Shown: positions 43,421 through 52,579 of the stretch, piece by piece
How positions within the stretch are numbered: position 1 is the stretch's first letter
Layout: the number at the start of each line of letters is the position of its first letter
Origin: an uncultured Victivallis sp.
GTDB taxonomy: Bacteria; Verrucomicrobiota; Lentisphaeria; Victivallales; GWF2-50-93
Direction: 5' to 3'
Assembly (NCBI GenBank): GCA_964600895.1
Contig: CAZRKP010000019.1
Coordinates: 10,730-74,729, forward strand
Length of the DNA: 64,000 nt
The notes under the pieces: generated by a model
The model's database searches: none
What the model saw: the letters and a program-made list of their open reading frames with translations, nothing else
What the model was told of the DNA's origin: nothing
Position numbers and translations under genes: made by a program

Positions 43421-44620
43421 TTATTTAGTTGTTAAAGACTTGATGTTTTCCATATATTTCGCATCAAGTACCAAAGTTGAAGCTTTAGAAAGAAGTTTTT
43501 TCGATTCATTGAGCATTTCTTTACGAGGAATCTTGCAGGCTGACATGATTTTATCTGCAATATCTGTAGCGTTGTTACTGCTAATATAACCATTCATGCC
43601 ATCTTTTATCCAGATATCCGTTATGCCAGATATTCTATTTGCAACAACTTGAGTGCCACATGCAATGCTTTCAAGCATTGGGGTTCCTAATCCTTCGCTC
43701 AGACTTGGAAAAGCATAGACATCAGACATCTGGTAGTATTCTTCGATTTTATCGATAAAGCCATTAGATATTTGAACTCTTTTATCCAAGCCATTATCAA
43801 AAATATTCCTGACGAGGTCATTGAAAACAGTTGAATCCCTGTCCTTTAAAGGGCCAGAGTCAACTATTGGACCAGCTAAAAAAAGCTTATATTGTTCCGG
43901 AAGGTATTTCATTGCCTCAATAAGAATTTTATGATTTTTTCTTGGGATATATTTAGCTATGCAGCTTATGACTATATCATTCTCATTAAAACGAGTTAGC
44001 TTTTTTCGAAGAGATATCTTATCTGTATTTTCTACCGTTCTGAATCTATTTTCATCCACAGGATTAGGCCTGCACCATAGATTATCTTCCAAAATATTGT
44101 TTTTTAAGCAAGTGACTTTGAGTCTTTCAGAAATGCATACGAAAAGATATTTGTTAGGAAGTTTATTTGAAGCCTCAATTCTGTTGGCGAAAGGGATGTA
44201 TTGTAATGGGGTGTCCATTTCGTTGCAGAGTTCGATGATTGCCGGGATATTGTTGATTCTAGCATAATTAAGTGCAGCTGCAGTAACATAATTCTTTCCG
44301 AAAATATGTATTAAGTCCGGTTTATGCAAAGTATTAAAATAGTCTATCGCGGCAGAATATTCGGCATGGAAATTAATTGGTATCTTTAACATTCTTAAAA
44401 AGGTATTATCAATATTTGGAAATGGCTTGCAGGAAATCCGTTTTATCTTGATTCCGTCATATATATAATCAATGCACGTATTATCAGTTTCAGAGCCTGT
44501 GGCAACCAATAATTTTATATCTGGATGCTTTGAGGACAGTCTTTTATAAAGATTATGAGCCCTATAACCCGATCCAGAATATTCAGGCATATATTTACTT
44601 GAAACAAGAAGCAAAATCAT
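43421..44620 (-). CDS. GT4-family glycosyltransferase
   Basis: 399 aa. MILLLVSSKYMPEYSGSGYRAHNLY, PSLSEGLGTPMLESIACGTQVVAN. Confidence 0.8.
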   Translation of the reverse strand: MILLLVSSKYMPEYSGSGYRAHNLYKRLSSKHPDIKLLVATGSETDNTCIDYIYDGIKIKRISCKPFPNIDNTFLRMLKIPINFHAEYSAAIDYFNTLHKPDLIHIFGKNYVTAAALNYARINNIPAIIELCNEMDTPLQYIPFANRIEASNKLPNKYLFVCISERLKVTCLKNNILEDNLWCRPNPVDENRFRTVENTDKISLRKKLTRFNENDIVISCIAKYIPRKNHKILIEAMKYLPEQYKLFLAGPIVDSGPLKDRDSTVFNDLVRNIFDNGLDKRVQISNGFIDKIEEYYQMSDVYAFPSLSEGLGTPMLESIACGTQVVANRISGITDIWIKDGMNGYISSNNATDIADKIMSACKIPRKEMLNESKKLLSKASTLVLDAKYMENIKSLTTK

Positions 44621-44787
44621 TTATTAGACATCCTTAAATTGCCAATTACTTGATATTTTCTATATGATATAATTAAAAATGGAATTGCATTAAGACTTAT
44701 CTTGGAAGTTGTGATTGCCGTTGGATTGTTTGAATTTAGAGATGGAATTGCAAAAAAGTATATTAATTGGAAGTAAGAATATCTTGG

Positions 44788-45870
44788 TTAAGACTGCTCT
44801 ATTAATTTTATCAGTCTTTCTGCAAAACATGCTAGACCTTGAGGAGAGATTTGATCCTTATATATTTTCTGGGCGTTTATAGCTATACTGAGCCTATGCT
44901 CAGGTGAATAAATTAATCTAAAGATCTTATCCTCAAGGTCAGAGAGATCCCACTTATGGCTGATATATGTCTTGTCTTCTTGGAAAAGGGATGGCCATGT
45001 TTCAAGATGACACATTTCTGGCTTAACTAGGGCAGCACCGCAAATGATTATTTCAAAATCGCGTAAGGTGATCTCGCCGACGCCAAATGGGCCAATACCG
45101 ATCTGTGAGTTGCGAAGCTCTGAAAAATAATCAGGCAATGATATTTTTGAAGTGGGTACTCCCATCCTTCCCATTATTTCTATTACATGCTTTCTATGTG
45201 TGACAATTGATGGACGCGAATGTGAAAGACCTAATCTACAACTCACCTTTATATCACGTTTGATATCTGGAGGTGTAAATCTGATATTAAGATTCTCACG
45301 TAATATTCCAGAGAGAAGGGGGCGTGTTTTCTGATGCAGCCTTGCTGTAAGCCTAAATCGCGACTCGGTATAGTTCTCAAAACATGTATTCCAGGAGATT
45401 TTAATCCTGCTGAGATCTCCTTCAGTCGGAAGAGGGAAAAATTCCTCTTTCTCTCCGGACAAATATAAATCATCGAAAATATCAGTGAATATTCTGCCTG
45501 TTCTAAACCTTTGAAGATACATTCTTCTGTCTTTGAAAACTTGACTTTTAAGAAGAAGGTCAACATAAGGCATAACCTCGAATTGTGTGCACCATGTGCT
45601 GTCGGTAGTGTCGAACCATAGTATTTTTAGTTTATTTGTTCTGGCAATATCAAGAAATTCAAAAATCTTATCTTTTTTTGATTTCCAATGAAATCTGAAG
45701 ACATTGGAATTTATTAAAAGAGCATCGCAGTTAAACACTTTTGGGGAAATCTTAAAATGGAAAACAAATCTGTATCCTTTTTCGTCAAAGAAGATATTTG
45801 AAGCTAAGATAGGACAGTTAAACGCCTTGGAATTAGGGCAAGAATTGTTTGTCAGAACATTGATTATCAT
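44788..45870 (-). CDS. Hypothetical protein, possibly a divergent GT-B glycosyltransferase (CgeB/Glyco_trans_1_2-like C-terminus)
   Basis: 360-aa ORF. Only the weak C-terminal resemblance GIGPFGVGEITLRDFEIIICGAALV. No other motif recognised. Confidence 0.4.
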   Translation of the reverse strand: MIINVLTNNSCPNSKAFNCPILASNIFFDEKGYRFVFHFKISPKVFNCDALLINSNVFRFHWKSKKDKIFEFLDIARTNKLKILWFDTTDSTWCTQFEVMPYVDLLLKSQVFKDRRMYLQRFRTGRIFTDIFDDLYLSGEKEEFFPLPTEGDLSRIKISWNTCFENYTESRFRLTARLHQKTRPLLSGILRENLNIRFTPPDIKRDIKVSCRLGLSHSRPSIVTHRKHVIEIMGRMGVPTSKISLPDYFSELRNSQIGIGPFGVGEITLRDFEIIICGAALVKPEMCHLETWPSLFQEDKTYISHKWDLSDLEDKIFRLIYSPEHRLSIAINAQKIYKDQISPQGLACFAERLIKLIEQS

Positions 45871-45895
45871 ATGAGAATATCACGATATATTAAAA

Positions 45896-46876
45896 TCAGA
45901 TTTTCTTAAGCAGAACATCTCTAACACCACCAAGATCACAGATAAGTTTCTCTGCATCATCATTTCTTATATCTTTGTAAAGTCCTTGTGTCTGCGTGTC
46001 TGAAGTCATTAGAGTCTTGTATGGATAATATCCCATGTCGAGTATGTGTTTGTTCTTCTTTTCATCATTGCTTGAAATCCTTGTAACCATGTAACCTCTA
46101 TTGAAAAGTTTGAGTAATCTTCTTCTCATGCTATGATGTGTGTCATCATATTTAGGGAAATGTGTCTCAAAGCAGATTGCTGGAGAGAAATCAGGATTAT
46201 TTATGAATGCATCCTCCATTCCGTCGATAACCTCAACCTCGAAACCCTCAACGTCCATCCTGATTAGATCAATCTTTCTTTTACCTTTAGCAAATTCACT
46301 TACAGTAGTGAGCGGGACCTTAATTGTCTGTCCATTTAGCAGTCTTTTAGATTTATCACCAAATTTATACTGTTCTGCCATAAAAGTATGAAGGTTAGAG
46401 AATTCTGCGAGATGGAAGTCAGCTTCGCCAATTCGGTCAGCAGCGCCGATATTAAATATTTCTACTCTTTCACTGACGTTATTCAAAAAGATGTTTTTCT
46501 GAAGGAGTTCAAAATTTGAAGGACTTGGTTCTATACAGTAGACACGTCCTTCCGGACCAACAGTAAGGGCTTCCCATATTGCATAATAACCTATATTAGC
46601 TCCCAAATCGAAGATACACATTCCAGGGCGGATTTCCTCTTCGAGTATTGCCCTGAGCTGCATTTCTCTTTTACCATTGGCGGCAAGGGTCCTTGAAATT
46701 CCATCGTCATTGATATTAAGAAACATCTTATATTCTCCATCCCATATGGTAAATACAAGATATTTTTTTCCTGGAAAAAGTCGCGCAGTCATAAAAAGGC
46801 AAGAACGGAATAGGTACTTTAATGTACCAGAAAGCCCTCGATTGATAATTACATTCTTTAAATTGAATATATCCAT
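45896..46876 (-). CDS. FkbM-family SAM methyltransferase
   Basis: 326 aa. MCIFDLGANIGYYAI and a C-terminal FkbM-type region (IDLIRMDVEGFEVEVIDG). Confidence 0.8.
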   Translation of the reverse strand: MDIFNLKNVIINRGLSGTLKYLFRSCLFMTARLFPGKKYLVFTIWDGEYKMFLNINDDGISRTLAANGKREMQLRAILEEEIRPGMCIFDLGANIGYYAIWEALTVGPEGRVYCIEPSPSNFELLQKNIFLNNVSERVEIFNIGAADRIGEADFHLAEFSNLHTFMAEQYKFGDKSKRLLNGQTIKVPLTTVSEFAKGKRKIDLIRMDVEGFEVEVIDGMEDAFINNPDFSPAICFETHFPKYDDTHHSMRRRLLKLFNRGYMVTRISSNDEKKNKHILDMGYYPYKTLMTSDTQTQGLYKDIRNDDAEKLICDLGGVRDVLLKKI

Positions 46877-47022
46877 TTAAATTCCTTATGTTTCAATATT
46901 TAATAATCCTAATCCTATTATCGAATTCTGAATAAAAATAAATATAACGTTTATGATATATATTAATAAAATAGTAATCTAGTATTAGGATGTCTAGTAA
47001 TCGATGATTTCTTGAAAATATT

Positions 47023-48510
47023 CTATGTAATATATCTAGGAGCTGATAAAGGCCTGAGCCAGTATTTGAACCCAATTAAAAGATATAAGGTGAAATACAA
47101 GAAGTTTTGTGGTTCGAGCATCAGTCTTACATAACTTAAAAGAAAATTCCTCAGCCTTATGATAAAGCTTTTATTAATAATAAGCCTTCTATTCTTTACT
47201 CTATAACTAAGTGAGGCTTCGAAAAAAAGCCATACTTGCCAGGCTCGAAGTTCACATATGCTTAAATCTGAAAGGTTAACAATTATTTCACCTTTATTCG
47301 AAAAATTCTTATGAACCCACTCTTTATCCTTAATCAATCCTTTTTCAATACCATAATAATAAGCCGGGGAACCTGGATATGGATTTAAAATTGCAGAAGC
47401 AATTTTGTCATCTTTAAAGAAACAGCTCCACATACCTTTTCTAGTGTTTAAAATAGTTTTTCTATTCTCTCCAGGAGAACCAGAAACTAGTTGCAGTGTG
47501 GTATGAAGACCATATTTATAAATGATGTTCATTGCGTCTATGTTTTGTTGGGGTGAGATACGCTTGTTCATGATTTCAAGCATTGAAGCATCAAATGATT
47601 CCACTCCAATTTGGAGGCCTGCGCAATTGTGGTTTTTAAGCATAGAAATAACTTCATCATTTAAATGATCAGCTCTTCCACTTGTTATCCAGTAAATATC
47701 ATATTTCTTTGAAAGCTCGCATATATTTTTCAAGTTATTCTTATTTGCTGTTATGCATTCATCTCCATAAGATATGAAACTGAATCCTTTTTCTTTAAGA
47801 CCAGAAAGTATTTTCTCTAGTCTTTCCCTGCTATAAGTACGATATCCCTTCAGATGCCTGTAACAGAAAAAGCAGTTATATGGGCATCCTCTGGCAAGGA
47901 AGATTGAGATGTATCTGTGTCCTTTTTCTTTGAGTTTATGGGCATTATCATTGATAAGATAAATATTGCTGACATTAGTATCATATTTATCTATGTTGAT
48001 GTTTTTGAAATTAAAATCAGGTAGATCGTCAAGCTTAATTAATTTTTCAGGCTCAGTTATTATAAGATTTCCATCTTTCCTAAAAATTATACCATTGATG
48101 GTTTGCCACTCAAATCCCTTTTCAATAGCATTTATAATGTTTTTTAGTGTCACTTCACCTTCGCCGCATACAATGATATCAATCATACAGGAATCCATTA
48201 TAAAAGCATGATCAGCAACAATTTGACCTCCGACAACAATTACAACCTTATTGTTCTTTATTTTGATTTTTTCAGAGAAGTCCTTCAGTTGCTTGTAAAC
48301 AGTACCAATCCCTCCAGTACCTATCAGTTGATAACCACGTGAAATACATATTTCTACCAATTTATCAATACCAAGAGATTCGACTTGATCATCTATAATA
48401 TCAACTCTGTGTCCCAGCGGCTCTAGGATATCCTTATAGAAGCTGAAGTGCCATGGAATGCTGGAATTGGCGCCTTCTCTCTGCTTGAATCTTATTAATG
48501 CTATTTTCAT
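47023..48510 (-). CDS. B12-binding-domain radical SAM enzyme (class B type), second copy
   Basis: 495 aa. N-terminal B12-binding-type fold (MKIALIRFKQ...IGTGGIG...VVGGQIV), then the CxxxCxxC cluster GCPYNCFFCY. ATGA overlap with the upstream 535-aa ORF. Confidence 0.85.
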   Translation of the reverse strand: MKIALIRFKQREGANSSIPWHFSFYKDILEPLGHRVDIIDDQVESLGIDKLVEICISRGYQLIGTGGIGTVYKQLKDFSEKIKIKNNKVVIVVGGQIVADHAFIMDSCMIDIIVCGEGEVTLKNIINAIEKGFEWQTINGIIFRKDGNLIITEPEKLIKLDDLPDFNFKNINIDKYDTNVSNIYLINDNAHKLKEKGHRYISIFLARGCPYNCFFCYRHLKGYRTYSRERLEKILSGLKEKGFSFISYGDECITANKNNLKNICELSKKYDIYWITSGRADHLNDEVISMLKNHNCAGLQIGVESFDASMLEIMNKRISPQQNIDAMNIIYKYGLHTTLQLVSGSPGENRKTILNTRKGMWSCFFKDDKIASAILNPYPGSPAYYYGIEKGLIKDKEWVHKNFSNKGEIIVNLSDLSICELRAWQVWLFFEASLSYRVKNRRLIINKSFIIRLRNFLLSYVRLMLEPQNFLYFTLYLLIGFKYWLRPLSAPRYIT

Positions 48511-50114
48511 TTTACAGGGAAAAGGTATTTTTCCATGAATTCAGTGTCTGGAAATTCAGGTTTTTTATCAAGCACCTCGAGAATTTCCTTTTGATTGAAT
48601 ATTGCCCTGTTGCGTTCGTCATATGTGCAATGGACTATCCTGCATCTTTTAGACATTGCCTCGTAGACGTCTGGGAACCATGGTTCCCAGCCAGCATCAA
48701 TATAGATAACTGTTTTGTTGGTACACATCGAATAATATAAAGTGGATGAACATCCATACTGTACTATTACTGCATCTGCTTGACCGATTACATTTGGAGA
48801 TTCAAAATGGTCATAGATTACTTTAAGGTTTGGTATTTTCTCAAAAATATTTAATCCTTCCCAGGATACGTCTTTTGGCCTCCGTTTGAAGATGATATTG
48901 TAGCCATTATCAGATAGGAATTTGCAAAGTTCATAGTAGAAATGATAGTTGACCATTACATCTGCAACGAAATAACCTGTCCATTCGGATATAAAAGAAA
49001 GTTCAAGGAGCATGACGGTCTTTATCTTGTCAGGAATAGGCTTGGATTTGTAAGAATCCCATAAAATTTTAAGATCAGGAGTGTTGTCTGTAATAAACTC
49101 TACTTTGTTTTTTCTGGGAATACTGTTGATTGAGACATTTCTTTTGTATTGTTCGATGTTTCCAGGGAAGTAAGAGACAAACTCATCGACTGTGGAGAGT
49201 TCATGAAATGGTAGACGAGATGCTGAGTAGTGGCAGATGAAATAGCTATGAGGGAATCCTGTAATCTTCCCGCCTTCATTTCTCACCGCAGTACTGAAAG
49301 CCCTGATATATTGACTGCCGGCGGTACATGTCATTGCATGTCTAATTTTCTTTCGTGCAGCAAGTATTCTCATGGAGGAATAGGCTAAAGCTATATCGCA
49401 AAGGTAGTTTTCAGAAAAGATTAGTAATGCATCGCAGATTATTTTCGGTAATTCAATCCCAAATACTTTTGATAAATATTCTTTAGCAAAATCTAACATT
49501 TCATGACTGAACTGCCTGAATATTTTCCTCGTTTTCAGAGATGGCTTTTCAGATACAGAATAATCCATTAGGAATCCAGGTGTTTCAAGTCGTATCCATC
49601 TATTGATTTCCTGCGCATAACGACGAGTGTATGTGTTGCCAAGAGAAATAGTAGTATCATTACTTATTATATGATTTGTGAAACAATACCTTCCATTTTT
49701 AAAATTTAGTTCAAGAGATTTAGCATAATTGTATATGCGTCTTTTCATCTTGTAATCTATATTTCTGAAACTATTAAAACTAAACAAAATGTTTTCACGA
49801 CTTCCATCAAGGTTTGGTATGAGGGAAAGTTTGTCACTGTATTTAAGTTTCCATGAAGACTGCTTTATTTTTTGTATCGCGGCATAATGATTTACAACTT
49901 CAGAAAATCTAGAAGATATCAGATATGCTATAAGAAGACAATCACCTTCAAAGGTTGCCCCATACTTTTCAATAAGCTTACAATGCTCGTTCTTAAAGTC
50001 AACAGTTATCTGAGTAGTAGTTTCCCTCGGAATGGCCCACCAAAAATCTTTAGACCATTCTTCGAAGTCTACACCTCTCAGTGCAAAATAGTCATAGTAA
50101 AATATTTTATCCAA
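48507..50114 (-). CDS. Hypothetical protein (535 aa), candidate novel transferase
   Basis: Long uninterrupted ORF, translationally coupled (ATGA) to the downstream radical SAM gene. The C-terminal half has a Rossmann-like alternation (KTVMLLELSF...IIFKRRPKD...ADAVIVQYGCSSTLYYSMCTNKTVIYID). No family motif I can name. Confidence 0.5.
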   Translation of the reverse strand: MDKIFYYDYFALRGVDFEEWSKDFWWAIPRETTTQITVDFKNEHCKLIEKYGATFEGDCLLIAYLISSRFSEVVNHYAAIQKIKQSSWKLKYSDKLSLIPNLDGSRENILFSFNSFRNIDYKMKRRIYNYAKSLELNFKNGRYCFTNHIISNDTTISLGNTYTRRYAQEINRWIRLETPGFLMDYSVSEKPSLKTRKIFRQFSHEMLDFAKEYLSKVFGIELPKIICDALLIFSENYLCDIALAYSSMRILAARKKIRHAMTCTAGSQYIRAFSTAVRNEGGKITGFPHSYFICHYSASRLPFHELSTVDEFVSYFPGNIEQYKRNVSINSIPRKNKVEFITDNTPDLKILWDSYKSKPIPDKIKTVMLLELSFISEWTGYFVADVMVNYHFYYELCKFLSDNGYNIIFKRRPKDVSWEGLNIFEKIPNLKVIYDHFESPNVIGQADAVIVQYGCSSTLYYSMCTNKTVIYIDAGWEPWFPDVYEAMSKRCRIVHCTYDERNRAIFNQKEILEVLDKKPEFPDTEFMEKYLFPVK

Positions 50115-50135
50115 AAGATTCTCCAGTATAATTCA

Positions 50136-51071
50136 TTATAAGATGTTTTGTTTAGATTTAAAAGTGGCAAAAATAGTGTCAGTAGATTTTATTTTTTCTA
50201 GGGTAAGAATATATTGTTCATCTATTATAGGAGTGATAATTTCAGATATTTCAGGCATTATTCCTGGTTTTCCTTTTGAAAGCCAGGAGATGTGATTTGA
50301 AAGAGGATATCGTTGCACATATCTGAAATTCTCTGGAATGAAATTGTTTCTACTGAAAAGGAGCCGTAATGATTTTTCAGCATATACAAAGTTATGCATG
50401 GGCTGGAAATAAAAATCCTTGTATTTTGAACAATTGTATATTCTAAGAAGAGGATCTGCAGAGCAGGGAACTTCTATGACTATTAGTCCACCAGGTTTCA
50501 GAATTCGGCGTATCGTCTTAAGAAATTTATGTGGGGTTCTGATATGCTCAAGAGTGTGGAACATAAAAATCCTGTCAAATGTCATCCCGGAAATTTGATC
50601 AATTGAGCTATAGCATGATATTCCAAATTTTCTTTCGGCAAATTCAAGGTGTTGCTTGCAAGATTCTAATAAAGCGGCTTTCTGAATTTTGCCGGATTCA
50701 TGAAGTTTGCCTATGAAGTTTCCGCAACCTCCACCTATCTCGAGTACTGAAGATCTTTTGTCAAGATATTTGTCGATAATCTTAAACCTGTATGCAGTAA
50801 CTTTCTCTCTACGGAGATAGGTTAGTTCTGGGGTCTCTCCGGAAGTTACACCCCTCGAGGAAAGATGATCTGCATAATTGTCATAATATTTTACAGAAGA
50901 TGCATCATCCATCATGGGATATAGAAAAAGGACTTCACACTTTTTGCATCTGAATACCTTTATATTTCTGGATTTCCAGCAATGTGGCCAAAAAAGTTTA
51001 GGTTCAGTTGCAGAACATAGTGGACAACGGAAGGGACTAATCATAATAATTCCCTTATGAATTGATTTCAA
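50136..51071 (-). CDS. Class I SAM-dependent methyltransferase with N-terminal zinc-ribbon-like CxxC pairs
   Basis: 311 aa. CPLCS...CKKCE, then the SAM motif VLEIGGGCGNF and ILKPGGLIVIEVP. The exact start is uncertain because there are several early Met codons. Confidence 0.8.
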   Translation of the reverse strand: MKSIHKGIIMISPFRCPLCSATEPKLFWPHCWKSRNIKVFRCKKCEVLFLYPMMDDASSVKYYDNYADHLSSRGVTSGETPELTYLRREKVTAYRFKIIDKYLDKRSSVLEIGGGCGNFIGKLHESGKIQKAALLESCKQHLEFAERKFGISCYSSIDQISGMTFDRIFMFHTLEHIRTPHKFLKTIRRILKPGGLIVIEVPCSADPLLRIYNCSKYKDFYFQPMHNFVYAEKSLRLLFSRNNFIPENFRYVQRYPLSNHISWLSKGKPGIMPEISEIITPIIDEQYILTLEKIKSTDTIFATFKSKQNIL

Positions 51072-51087
51072 AATGGAGATTTATATT

Positions 51088-52572
51088 CTAAGCATGGGTT
51101 ATAGGAGCACAGCCATTTATAAAGTTGCAAATGTGCTCTATTTCATCGTCTTTTAGCTCTGGATAAGAGGGTAAGTTTATCCCGTATGAAGACAAGTATT
51201 CACAGTTAGGGAGATTGATATTGGAGGCATATGGGGGCATTTTGTATATCGGATAAAAGAATGGCCTTGTCTCAATATTCTGCTTTTTCAAAACCTCTAT
51301 GAACGCATCTCTAGAGAGTCCGTTATAGGAACCGTTCTTCAAAACAATTGAAGACATCCAGCAAATATTAACAGACCAGTCGTTTCTGGGTGAGAATATG
51401 AAGTTGGTGTTGGAAGCGAGCATCTCTCTATACATGTTAGCTACTTGGAGTTTTCTTTGGAGTATTTCAGAAATCCTTTCAACCTGTGCAAATCCTATTG
51501 CAGCCTGAAGATTAGTCATCCTATAGTTAAAACCAACATACATGTGCCAATACTTTCGATGAGGATCCATGCCGTGGTCTCTTAGAATTTTTGCTTTTTC
51601 AAAAATTTCTCTGTCATTAGTAACCAACATTCCTCCTTCTCCAGTGGTTATTATCTTGTTGCCAAAAAAGCTGAAACAACCTATATTTCCTATTGAACCG
51701 ACATATCTTCCTTTGTATTTCGCACCATGCGCTTCAGCGGCATCTTCAATCACTATGAGTTTATGCTTCTTTGCCAAGGTCATGATTTCGTCCATCCTGC
51801 ATGGTTGGCCATATAGATGCACTGGTATTATAGCCTTTGTTCTAGGGGTGATAAGCTTTTCGATTGATGCCGGATCAATGTTCCAGGTGTCCATTTCTGA
51901 GTCAGCAAATACAGGCTTAGCACCGGTATATGTTACGGAGTTTGCTGTTGCGATGAATGTGAGACCTGGTATTATCACCTCGTCACCAGGCCCTATCCCA
52001 AGTGTGACAAGTGATAGATGCAAGGCTACCGTACCATTTGAAACTGCTAATGCATATTTCGAGCCTAGGAACGAAGAAAAACTTTCCTCGAACATCTTGA
52101 TATATTTGCCTTGAGAAGATATCCAATTCTCTTCAATGCAATCGCTTACATATTCCAACTCGGTGTTCTTTAGATCAGGCTTTGCTATTGGTATGAACTT
52201 GATGTCGTAATAGGAATAATATCCTGTTATTTTGCCTGTCAAGTCCTCCACAATAGGTATATAAAGCTTTTCTCCTAGGTTGTTGTTTGGACCGAGCTTA
52301 TCTAATATCATTCCAATATTCGTGCTAAGGTAAAAGAACAATGGTTTTTTAAACATAATTTCAGAAACCGGTTTGTCTGGAGATACTGAGGCAACGAATG
52401 CTCGACGAATATCACCTTCACTCAAAGTTCCGGTAAGCTTCCCTGCACTATCAAGAATGAATAATATGCACTTTCTGTTTAAGGCAAGTAGCTTTGTTGC
52501 ATCGCGGATACTACGGCTTTCCTCGCATATCATATCTGTCAGATCGGTAGTAAGCTTGATTTTTCTCATCAT
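51088..52572 (-). CDS. Fusion of a CBS-pair domain and a DegT-family sugar aminotransferase
   Basis: 494 aa. The first about 125 aa look like a CBS pair (RDATKLLALNRKCILFILDSAGKLTGTLSEGDIRRA...IPIVEDLTGKITGYYSYYDI). The remainder is a full DegT aminotransferase with SFFGNKIITTGEGG. Confidence 0.85.
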   Translation of the reverse strand: MMRKIKLTTDLTDMICEESRSIRDATKLLALNRKCILFILDSAGKLTGTLSEGDIRRAFVASVSPDKPVSEIMFKKPLFFYLSTNIGMILDKLGPNNNLGEKLYIPIVEDLTGKITGYYSYYDIKFIPIAKPDLKNTELEYVSDCIEENWISSQGKYIKMFEESFSSFLGSKYALAVSNGTVALHLSLVTLGIGPGDEVIIPGLTFIATANSVTYTGAKPVFADSEMDTWNIDPASIEKLITPRTKAIIPVHLYGQPCRMDEIMTLAKKHKLIVIEDAAEAHGAKYKGRYVGSIGNIGCFSFFGNKIITTGEGGMLVTNDREIFEKAKILRDHGMDPHRKYWHMYVGFNYRMTNLQAAIGFAQVERISEILQRKLQVANMYREMLASNTNFIFSPRNDWSVNICWMSSIVLKNGSYNGLSRDAFIEVLKKQNIETRPFFYPIYKMPPYASNINLPNCEYLSSYGINLPSYPELKDDEIEHICNFINGCAPITHA

Positions 52573-52579
52573 TTTATTC

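Noticed and set aside
46904-46995. Short repeats in the 146-bp gap (AATCCT AATCCT tandem; ATCCTAAT / ATTAGGAT 8-bp inverted pair; TCTAGTA twice)
   Set aside because: At 6-8 bp in very AT-rich DNA, these are within chance expectation and show no coherent architecture.
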